44,588 nucleotides of DNA from a virus (lineage: Duplodnaviria; Caudoviricetes), in IMG/VR virus record IMGVR_UViG_3300042355_000725, positions 1 through 44,588 of that record; one strand, given 5' to 3'. Each line of letters begins with the position of its first letter. Position 1 is the stretch's first letter. The notes below the pieces were generated by a model. It did no database searches, was not told the DNA's origin, and saw nothing but the letters and a program-made list of their open reading frames with translations. Of the stretch, positions 7,603 through 14,513 are shown in pieces. Both the position numbers and the translations under genes were made by a program.

Positions 7603-7905
7603 CAACTTCGCAGCTTCAGCCAAAGCACGTTGACAACATTCCAAAAACGACCAGTAGTCGCCAGAACCGTCTGCCTCTGGTTCTGGTGAAATCCATCCAG
7701 CCCTTGGGAGTCCGTTAGCCCGCACATGCTTTCCCCGATACCACAAATCGACCGATGGTTCGTCTTCATCCGTGTCTATAACGAGTGTGTGCCACTTGCT
7801 TTCTGCCACCAAATACAACAGCTTGCAAACAGCCTCTTTGACTTCAGTCGCATAACAACGCGATGGACTCGGAGGCGACTCACTGGCTGGTTTCTGTTCA
7901 CTCAT
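7597..7905 (-). CDS. Hypothetical protein (102 aa), cassette 6
   Basis: MSEQKPASESPPSPSRCYATE...; the stop TAA is the TTA of the attC5 core. Confidence 0.68.
   Translation of the reverse strand: MSEQKPASESPPSPSRCYATEVKEAVCKLLYLVAESKWHTLVIDTDEDEPSVDLWYRGKHVRANGLPRAGWISPEPEADGSGDYWSFLECCQRALAEAAKLP
7850..7880 (+). other. Degenerate attC6, left arm only
   Basis: GCATAAC-aacgc-GAT(G)GACT-CGGAGGCG has the same spacing as the other sites; no right arm found downstream. Confidence 0.55.
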
Positions 7906-7958
7906 TTGGTTTTTCTTTCTGGGGTTTTCCAAGGACACGCCATTACCGAAACTCCCCT

Positions 7959-8147
7959 CTACTGAAACTCTTTCATCACTTTCGCCCACGCATCTACGAG
8001 ATGCTGCGGTAGATTGCTTCGACCGTGCAACTCTCGCTGCACGTTGTACGCATGACGCACGGCCACATGCACCGGCTGCTCGCCGTCGATCGTCATCAAC
8101 GCAATACGCTCTTCAAATTTTTCGATGATGTCTTGCGGGTCAGCCAT
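7959..8147 (-). CDS. Conserved phage hypothetical protein
   Basis: FEERIALMTIDG motif (EERAAI..DG type) directly after the replication gene. Confidence 0.7.
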   Translation of the reverse strand: MADPQDIIEKFEERIALMTIDGEQPVHVAVRHAYNVQRELHGRSNLPQHLVDAWAKVMKEFQ

Positions 8148-9021
8148 GGATCACCGCCAGAGGTTTAGGTGGTGGTGTAGGAGAAGCCAGCTTCTTGATC
8201 GTGTCGTAATGCTCGCCATGAAGTTCGCAGGCTTTGCGCATTGCACCTTCGAGGTACGCAATCGCTTTCTTTGCCGTGCCGTTCCTGATCGCATCGCAGG
8301 AGTCAGCCACTACTTCGCGACAATCGAGCACAGTAGCCACAAAACACGCCCTCCACACTGCATCGCGGTTTTCAGGCGGTCTTGGCAATTTCGCGAAGCG
8401 ATTCGCTTCGGCTCTCACCCGTTCGATGAAATCCTCATCCACCACCACCCCCCACTTCACCAACCACTCAGCTTGGCTTGGCTTGGCTTGGCTTGGTTGG
8501 ATGTGGTTAGATGTGGTTAGATGTGGATAGGTAAGGATAGGTAAGGATAGACTTGGTAAGATCTGCGCGCGCGAAGACTCCCCCATAGCCCCCCCCATAG
8601 ACCCGGGCACAGGGTGGGTCTTAGGGTGGGTCTTAGGGTGGGTCTCAGGCTCAACAGTCGAAACAGTCGAAACAGTCGAAACGTCCGAGCGCCTCCCGAC
8701 GAACCCCCCCAATCGGTTGATATTAGCCTTGAGGTAGTTCGGGCAATGGTCGGCCCAATCGTGGACAACCAGACGGCACTGGTCGTCCTCGTCGAGCCAA
8801 CGACATTCGACGAGGGCTGCGACCAGATCGTCCGCGTTCCCGTCCCAGTCCACCATGACCGCGATGTCTTCGTTACAGAAGCGTCCTATATCGCCCCGAG
8901 GGCAATTCTTCGCGACGCCCGCCCAGAGCATTTCAAGCAGTCCCACAACGCCTCGGTTCGACTCCTTGAGTCGTCGCACCAATCGCTTGAACTTCAACAG
9001 ATCCATCGTGCCAACTTTCAT
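8140..9021 (-). CDS. Phage replication initiator protein
   Basis: wHTH-like N-domain (GLLEMLW...LVECRWLD...LVVHDWADH), repeat-rich linker, helical C-domain (AIAYLEGAMR); early-operon position. Confidence 0.75.
   Translation of the reverse strand: MKVGTMDLLKFKRLVRRLKESNRGVVGLLEMLWAGVAKNCPRGDIGRFCNEDIAVMVDWDGNADDLVAALVECRWLDEDDQCRLVVHDWADHCPNYLKANINRLGGFVGRRSDVSTVSTVSTVEPETHPKTHPKTHPVPGSMGGAMGESSRAQILPSLSLPILTYPHLTTSNHIQPSQAKPSQAEWLVKWGVVVDEDFIERVRAEANRFAKLPRPPENRDAVWRACFVATVLDCREVVADSCDAIRNGTAKKAIAYLEGAMRKACELHGEHYDTIKKLASPTPPPKPLAVIHG
8471..8682. repeat. Tandem-repeat cluster inside rep (candidate origin)
   Basis: GCTTG x5, ATGTGGWTAG x3, GTAAGGATAG x2, CCCCATAG x2, AGGGTGGGTCTY x3, AACAGTCGA x3. 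Confidence 0.85.
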
Positions 9022-9145
9022 GTTGTGCCTCGCTCCTACGGCGTTTCAACTAAAATGAAAAGTACCCGGTCAACAGGTAGTAGCCGGGCGCTACTGCGAT
9101 TTGTGGTGCCTGTCTCACCGTAAGGTGCCTGTCGGCTCGGGCCTT

Positions 9146-9457
9146 TTATGAGGCCGTCAAAAGCAACTGACGATCGGCAACGGACAAGTTATCCATCGCT
9201 TCCATCTTTGCCTTGAGACGATACGAACGCACTTCCATCTCAAGGTCCGCGATTCGAGCTTGATACTCGATGCACTTTCCTTGAGCTATTCGCGCCGCTT
9301 CGTTTGCTTCATGCAAGGCATCATTGAAGCTTGCTTCGGCTGCACGCACGGCATGAATCAGGCGACTAACGTCCTTCTGGGTTCGTCGCCCCATAGGCAA
9401 GGTGTTGTTTGAATCAATAACCACACCAGCCTTCTCGAAATGCTTGTCAATAGACAT
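9146..9457 (-). CDS. Hypothetical coiled-coil protein
   Basis: Same-strand ORF filling the operon. Confidence 0.65.
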   Translation of the reverse strand: MSIDKHFEKAGVVIDSNNTLPMGRRTQKDVSRLIHAVRAAEASFNDALHEANEAARIAQGKCIEYQARIADLEMEVRSYRLKAKMEAMDNLSVADRQLLLTAS

Positions 9458-9478
9458 AGCACACGTCCATTTCTCGGT

Positions 9479-10186
9479 CTAAGACCGCAGTAATCCTGCT
9501 AGTTCATCGCAAACCGTGGCTAAACGCTCAGCCAAACGCGGCTCAGATTTCTCTAGCAGCTTCCATCCATCTGCTGGCACGTCTGCCAACAACTCGATGA
9601 TTCCTTCAATCTGTCCAATCTTTTGCTTGAGATAGACAGGCAAATCGATACCGTAATCCTGTTTTGGTGCAGGCTCTCGTTTCTCCGGCTTAATGCCAAG
9701 CTCAGCGTTAACTGCTTGTCGGACAATATTGGCCGTTACCGGCTTGCCCTGCTCCTTGGCAATTTCAACGGCTGCTTTTGCGACTCGCTGAACGTCTTGC
9801 TTGCGTAGAGATTGCAAGTCTCGCGGAGAACCCGGCTTCGTCGTGTCCTCGACGGCTAACCTCGCAAACTCTTTTACGATTGTGGGCTTCCATTCGACTG
9901 GACTATTTCCCACTGCATTGGGTAATATTTTTGGGTCTGGTAGTTTCGGACGGATCGCCGCAGCAGCGATAAGATTCAATACTTGCTGCCGTTCGATGCC
10001 GAAATCGTATCCAACACGCTCTTTCAAATACGCATCCCAGCTTCCAAAACCATCTTCCTTGTACAACTCATCGTCGCGAATCTCTTTCAATGCGTTTCCG
10101 GTTTCAACAAACGCTTCCATCGTTCCGCGAATTGATTTTTCCAGCGTTCGCAACCGCTGCTTCCGATCTACTGATAGCTTTGCCAT
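9479..10186 (-). CDS. Conserved phage protein (DUF3102-like N-terminus)
   Basis: LEKSIRG...FVETGNALKEIRDDELYK..GFGSWDAYLKER; SD AAGGGTG before ATG 10186. Confidence 0.65.
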   Translation of the reverse strand: MAKLSVDRKQRLRTLEKSIRGTMEAFVETGNALKEIRDDELYKEDGFGSWDAYLKERVGYDFGIERQQVLNLIAAAAIRPKLPDPKILPNAVGNSPVEWKPTIVKEFARLAVEDTTKPGSPRDLQSLRKQDVQRVAKAAVEIAKEQGKPVTANIVRQAVNAELGIKPEKREPAPKQDYGIDLPVYLKQKIGQIEGIIELLADVPADGWKLLEKSEPRLAERLATVCDELAGLLRS

Positions 10187-10260
10187 CACTTCACCCTTCA
10201 CTTGAATGCCAGCGTTAAAACGGTGCTGGCTAACCGTTGCCTTTCGGCGATTCAAAAAAA

Positions 10261-10330
10261 ACCGAGCAGGACTTGCACCCGCGCGCAGTTGGGCTATGAG
10301 AGGCCCAGTCGCACCTCACTGTGAGTCGGT
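10261..10330 (-). ncRNA. Degenerate tRNA-like cloverleaf followed by a U-run
   Basis: ACCGA / CTCA-cag-TGAG / TGGGC-ctctcata-GCCCA / GCGGG-tgcaagt-CCTGC / TCGGT then a T-run. Confidence 0.4.
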
Positions 10331-10337
10331 CTTGCCG

Positions 10338-10661
10338 TCACACCTCGACCGGATGCGGCGCGTCGAGAAGTGACAAATCGGCTTCTGTTACCGTTACCTT
10401 TTGTCCAAGGACTGCGCGATCGTAGTACATCACCGCTCGGATGGGCCCAAGCGAACTTTCGACGGCTCCCACTTCTGGCGACGACAAGTTTTGAATTTCT
10501 CGCTTGTCACTAAACACATGCAATAGCGTGTGCAGTTCTTCGATCTTCGTTGCCTTATACCATCTGGCTTCCACTCGCAAACGATCTACAATCTCTTCAG
10601 GCAGCGTCTCAACCGCATCCGCTAGAGACCGCAACGCCACTACCAATTCTTCTCGTTTCAT
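10338..10661 (-). CDS. Hypothetical protein
   Basis: SD AAGGGGA; operon position. Confidence 0.7.
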   Translation of the reverse strand: MKREELVVALRSLADAVETLPEEIVDRLRVEARWYKATKIEELHTLLHVFSDKREIQNLSSPEVGAVESSLGPIRAVMYYDRAVLGQKVTVTEADLSLLDAPHPVEV

Positions 10662-10675
10662 ATTTCGTTATCCCC

Positions 10676-11071
10676 TTACGTTGTTGGTTGTTGTAAAAAT
10701 GCCCCGCTTCCCACGGGGCCGGGAGTTGTCGTTGTAGGTGTCTGTACTCCTAATGTTCCACCATGCTCGTAGACGGTCGCGCTGTGGCCACTGACGGAAC
10801 ACAGTCGCGATCCAACAGCCCGGATCAGACCGAGCTTTTCCAGTTCCTTTGCACGCTTGCGAATCGAATCGTGTAGCGTGATATTGCCGTTGGCGATCTG
10901 TGATGCTGCCTCTCGCGCCGTGGCCAATCCACCACACCGCGTCAAACCCTCAAGAAACTGTGATCTGCGAATCGCAACCGAAACTCTCGTCTCGATCGCC
11001 GCTTCCTTGGATGTCTCGGGATCCGAAGCCCTAGCACGTTTAGCCCAGTCAAACAGATCGCCAGTGCTCAT
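10676..11071 (-). CDS. Putative winged-HTH phage protein
   Basis: ARASDPETS motif plus SIRKRAKELEKLGLI...SG; ATGA-coupled to bet. Confidence 0.7.
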   Translation of the reverse strand: MSTGDLFDWAKRARASDPETSKEAAIETRVSVAIRRSQFLEGLTRCGGLATAREAASQIANGNITLHDSIRKRAKELEKLGLIRAVGSRLCSVSGHSATVYEHGGTLGVQTPTTTTPGPVGSGAFLQQPTT

Positions 11072-11766
11072 TCCTGGGCCTCCGCTTGCGGCTCGGTTTC
11101 CACCAAATCTGGATCCGCCTCGAAGACCACCGGGGCCGGAGTTATCACGCCGATCTTCTGCTTGAGCGATTCCGTTCGTGATGACGGAGCCACCGCGTCC
11201 ACAGTCAACGTCGTCTCGACCGCGATCATGCGCTCGTACTCGTCAGGCTCCATGATGCCCGCAAAGCCGAACGCATAGCGGATGCACTGGATCGCGGCCT
11301 TGTGGCGTAGCATCCTGGCAGGCCACTGACGCCACACGTCGGTATTCCGCTTGCACTCAGCAAGGTACTCCGTCACCTTGCTTGCGTGCCTGCGATCCTT
11401 GCGGTAGATCACCGCTGTTACCGCGATCAACGTCCCGGCGTCAAAGTGGTCCTCGAACTCCATGCCGTCCATCATCGGATGGGAGTTCGCCAAGTTAAGC
11501 CAGCCGTCCACGCTAACTATGGGTTGGATCCCGCCACCCTTGGTAGGGAAAGCGTAGATTTCCTTCGTCAATGGGTTCAGGTTGTACTCCTTAGCCACAA
11601 GCATAAACGCCGCTAGTTGCTCCCGAGTGCATTCCTTGGGGACCACCGTCGCCCGGATCGTCGCCTCGAACGCCTCTGGCTCCATGCCGTACTGGTGAGC
11701 CAAATCCCTCAGAACGCTTTTGCGTTCGGTGCTCTTGGCAATTCCGACTTCTTCAACTGCACTCAT
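11068..11766 (-). CDS. bet: Single-strand annealing recombinase (lambda Bet/RecT family)
   Basis: YNLNPLTKEIYAFP...IVSVDGW...WRQWPARMLRHKAAIQCIRYAFGFAGI. Confidence 0.92.
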   Translation of the reverse strand: MSAVEEVGIAKSTERKSVLRDLAHQYGMEPEAFEATIRATVVPKECTREQLAAFMLVAKEYNLNPLTKEIYAFPTKGGGIQPIVSVDGWLNLANSHPMMDGMEFEDHFDAGTLIAVTAVIYRKDRRHASKVTEYLAECKRNTDVWRQWPARMLRHKAAIQCIRYAFGFAGIMEPDEYERMIAVETTLTVDAVAPSSRTESLKQKIGVITPAPVVFEADPDLVETEPQAEAQE

Positions 11767-12650
11767 TTCTTCACCTTCGCCTTCGCAATTCGCAGGACTC
11801 GGTAACTGGACGGCTCCACCGTGTAGCCCTTCCGATGCTGTTCGAGGTACGACACCTTGGTGCCATCGGCGAACATGCCAACCTCGGCATCACCGAGAGC
11901 CAACAGGAGTTGCTTATCGCATTCCTCCTGACGCTCCTTGATGGCCTTGGCTTCGGCTGCGAGACTCTCCCGCGTGGCCAGCAAGACATTCAGATCGTCG
12001 CCAAGATCGACGACCTTCTCAGGCACACGCCGGAACCGCTTCACGATGTCCAGACTGGCCTTCTCCCGCGACGGTTCTTCGCCGTGGACAATATGGCGAT
12101 CCCACCATTCCAACAGCGTGTTGGCTAGCGTCTCGCACAGATCGTCATCGCGTGGGATCTCGTAGCGGACAATCCCGCGACCACCGAGCAGAGCGTACAG
12201 AAACGCCATATCGGCCCCAGTGCAAAGCAGTTGCGTATGCACTTGGCAAAGATAGTGCTCGGGGATTTGGTCCGTTCCCGCGTCACCCCAGTAAGGTGCC
12301 AACGGTCCCGTCATTCCCGCCGTCTTGATTTCGACGGGATTCCCATCCTCAGTCAACGCATCGAGCGTTGCCACAACCGGATGCCCACCGAGATAGGGCA
12401 CTCGCACATTGCGGGCGAGCGATCCCAACTCCGCTTCCGCGTAATCGATCACTGCCCGTTCGAGGTACTGACCAATCTTGGTCGCCTCATTCCCCTTCCA
12501 GGGTTCGGCGAGCCCCCGCTTGTCGGCCCACACATCCCATGCGGAACGCCATGGATCGACACCGAGGATCCCGGCCACGTCCGAGGCTCCAATCCCCTTG
12601 CGACGTTCATCCAACGCTTCGTCCGAAAGTCCGATAGATGCGACACTCAT
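11763..12650 (-). CDS. YqaJ/lambda-exonuclease family protein
   Basis: RRKGIGASDVAGILG, ATLDA, VEIKT, YLCQVHTQL; start at ATG 12650. Confidence 0.92.
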   Translation of the reverse strand: MSVASIGLSDEALDERRKGIGASDVAGILGVDPWRSAWDVWADKRGLAEPWKGNEATKIGQYLERAVIDYAEAELGSLARNVRVPYLGGHPVVATLDALTEDGNPVEIKTAGMTGPLAPYWGDAGTDQIPEHYLCQVHTQLLCTGADMAFLYALLGGRGIVRYEIPRDDDLCETLANTLLEWWDRHIVHGEEPSREKASLDIVKRFRRVPEKVVDLGDDLNVLLATRESLAAEAKAIKERQEECDKQLLLALGDAEVGMFADGTKVSYLEQHRKGYTVEPSSYRVLRIAKAKVKK

Positions 12651-12970
12651 GCCACACCTCGCTTTCCGGCCTCGTACTGAGCCAGATCGCAGGACGGCAC
12701 ATAGACGCCATCCTTTGCCCGAGCGAACATCAACACCTCGGCGTAGTCCGCCATGAACTTGGCGTCTACTTCGCACATGGTTCGATCCATGCGCATCACA
12801 CTGACCTTTCGAGGCGAAGCGTCACGATCGACAGCATCGGCTCTCAAGATCACTTGACCCGGCGCGGTGATACCGATCCGAGCCTTGTCCCTGCGAGTAT
12901 TCAACAGCGTGATTTCCACGTTGTCGCCTACGCGCACACTCTCCCCGCACTTGCGAGTAAGTACAAGCAT
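12647..12970 (-). CDS. csrA: CsrA/RsmA-family RNA-binding protein with C-terminal extension (107 aa)
   Basis: MLVLTRKCGESVRVGDNVEITLL...ARIGITAP..VILR; SD AGGAG. Confidence 0.85.
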   Translation of the reverse strand: MLVLTRKCGESVRVGDNVEITLLNTRRDKARIGITAPGQVILRADAVDRDASPRKVSVMRMDRTMCEVDAKFMADYAEVLMFARAKDGVYVPSCDLAQYEAGKRGVA

Positions 12971-13082
12971 TTCATTGCTCCTGGTTAAAGCCACCACCTA
13001 TGGCTCGTCGAGGGAGCACCCCTCAAGAAGCCGTTGTTACTACCGATCAGGCTCGCGTCTTACTTCTCGCCTGACCGGGGTA

Positions 13083-13111
13083 AATGTAGCAACGTCAGCT
13101 ACATTATTCAA
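13083..13111 (-). promoter_or_regulatory. Early-operon sigma70 promoter overlapped by a palindromic operator
   Basis: TTGAAT-17-TACATT with TGn extension; perfect inverted repeat AATGTAGC-N7-GCTACATT at 13083-13105. Confidence 0.7.
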
Positions 13112-13116
13112 GTCAT

Positions 13117-13332
13117 CTATCGAATTTTTTTCGGTTTGCCTTTAGGCAGCTTTTCGAGGTTGTAGCGTTCACACTCTTTCTTGGGAAAAACGAGTGTTTG
13201 GCCTACTCGCATCGGATGCAACTTCCCCCTTTGCACATAGGTGCGAATGGTTCTTTCCGATAAACCAAGAAACTGCGCGGCCTCGGCAGTTGAAAAAAGA
13301 ACGTCAGATTTTCCTTGAAGTGTCATGACCAT
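13117..13332 (-). CDS. HTH_17/excisionase-like DNA-binding protein (candidate repressor or Xis)
   Basis: LFSTAEAAQFLGLSERTIRTYVQRGKLHPMRVG...F; next to attP and int. Confidence 0.82.
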   Translation of the reverse strand: MVMTLQGKSDVLFSTAEAAQFLGLSERTIRTYVQRGKLHPMRVGQTLVFPKKECERYNLEKLPKGKPKKIR

Positions 13333-13338
13333 GCTCGT

Positions 13339-13366
13339 ATTGTAGCTTGTGTTGATACATTTACAA
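13339..13366 (-). promoter_or_regulatory. Promoter of the HTH gene with a second operator copy; probably leaderless
   Basis: TTGTAA-16-TACAAT, then 6 nt to the ATG at 13332; operator TGTAGC-N7-GATACA at 13341-13359. Confidence 0.6.
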
Positions 13367-13436
13367 CGCAAAGAAAACCTAAGTGCGGGTAAGACTGATC
13401 CACAACGGAGGACCAACCGCACTCAGGCTTTCTTGA

Positions 13437-13501
13437 CGGAGAGGACAGGATTCGAACCTGCGGTAAGGAATTAACCCTACGCCGAATTAGCAATCCGGTG
13501 C
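13437..13501 (-). other. attP core: 3' part of tRNA-Ser(GCT)
   Basis: CCGGA-TTGCTAA-TTCGG anticodon arm, long variable arm, GCAGG-TTCGAAT-CCTGT T arm and 3' acceptor CCTCTCCG. The 5' acceptor strand and D arm are missing; the fragment lies just upstream of the integrase. Confidence 0.88.
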
Positions 13502-13583
13502 TTTTTTCTCGCCTTTCACTTTGCTTTTGCTTGGAAATGACCTACCTATCTTTAACGCCAAGTCTAAACCTATCCGCCCTGTC

Positions 13584-14453
13584 ATGTACCTCAGCGATCT
13601 CGTCCAGAAGATCGCGATGGAACGCGATCTCGAATCGGCCACGATCGGCCAATACCACCGCGCTTGCTCGAAGCTAGGATCCTTTCTCGGGAAAATTCCG
13701 AAGGTAGACGATTTGTCGGAAGAAAACGTCAATGGGTTTTTGTCTAGCCTCAAGGAATCTGGAAAGTCGGCAACGACCATCATCAATTACCGGGTCGCAC
13801 TAACGGTGATATGGAACTACGCAGTAGCCCGCGATCTGTGCCAGCCCTTTAATGCTCGCAAGCTGAAACGACCAAAGCAAGAGCAGCGGGTTGTCCGATC
13901 GTGGTCATTGAGCCAGATCAAGATTCTGATTGATGCGTGTGCCAAGGTGCCAGGGCGATTGCAGTGCGGCGTCGCGACCGGTGCGTTTCTCGCGGCCTGG
14001 GTGCGTGTCGGCTACGACACCGGACTGAGGCCATCGGACCTGCGGCTGCTGCGATGGGCAGATGTCGATTTCTGCCAAGGGACGATCACATTGACCCAGC
14101 ACAAAACAAAACGAGCCCACACGGCTCGGCTGTCACCAGCGGCCATGGGGCTGCTGACAGAGATCGAACGCCCACCGAGGGATAAGGTGTTTCCGCTAAG
14201 CAAATCTGGCGTGCGGCGGATCGAGTTGATCTTGTTTTCCACCGCCGCAAAACTCGGATTTCGGCGCATGCGTGGCCAAGGGCTCGGATGCCTTCGCAAA
14301 AGCCACGCCACCCAGGTCTACACTGCCGAGGGGGAGTCGGCAGCGGCAGAGTCATTGGGACATGTGTCAGGCACCAGAACAGTCAGGAGGCACTACATCG
14401 ACTCAAGGTCGATCAAGTCGGGTAGGTTGCCACCCGAACCGCCTGCGGCTTAG
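13584..14453 (+). CDS. int: Tyrosine recombinase/phage integrase (~289 aa; start uncertain)
   Basis: SAM-like N-domain, DTGLRPSDL, K in QHKTK, LRKSHAT, LGH, HY. Confidence 0.92.
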   Translation: MYLSDLVQKIAMERDLESATIGQYHRACSKLGSFLGKIPKVDDLSEENVNGFLSSLKESGKSATTIINYRVALTVIWNYAVARDLCQPFNARKLKRPKQEQRVVRSWSLSQIKILIDACAKVPGRLQCGVATGAFLAAWVRVGYDTGLRPSDLRLLRWADVDFCQGTITLTQHKTKRAHTARLSPAAMGLLTEIERPPRDKVFPLSKSGVRRIELILFSTAAKLGFRRMRGQGLGCLRKSHATQVYTAEGESAAAESLGHVSGTRTVRRHYIDSRSIKSGRLPPEPPAA

Positions 14454-14513
14454 TGAAAACGACAAACGTCCCGACAATGTGTCGGAAATGCGTCGGAACC
14501 GCCTGCGGCTTAG
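14436..14513. repeat. 18-bp direct repeat flanking a short hairpin between convergent genes
   Basis: GAACCGCCTGCGGCTTAG at 14436-14453 and 14496-14513; CCGACA-atg-TGTCGG lies between them. Confidence 0.85.

Noticed and set aside
7077-7769. 230-aa ORF running through attC5
   Set aside because: The extension overlaps cassette 6 out of frame and looks non-protein-like; the SD-supported start is 7505.
13437-13501. Functional tRNA-Ser gene
   Set aside because: The 5' acceptor strand and D arm are absent.
13584-14453. Phage integrase acting as an integron integrase (IntI)
   Set aside because: It lacks the IntI-specific insertion (the LP..L..KYP...W.WQ region), is short, and sits beside a tRNA-derived attP about 8 kb from the attI-like site.
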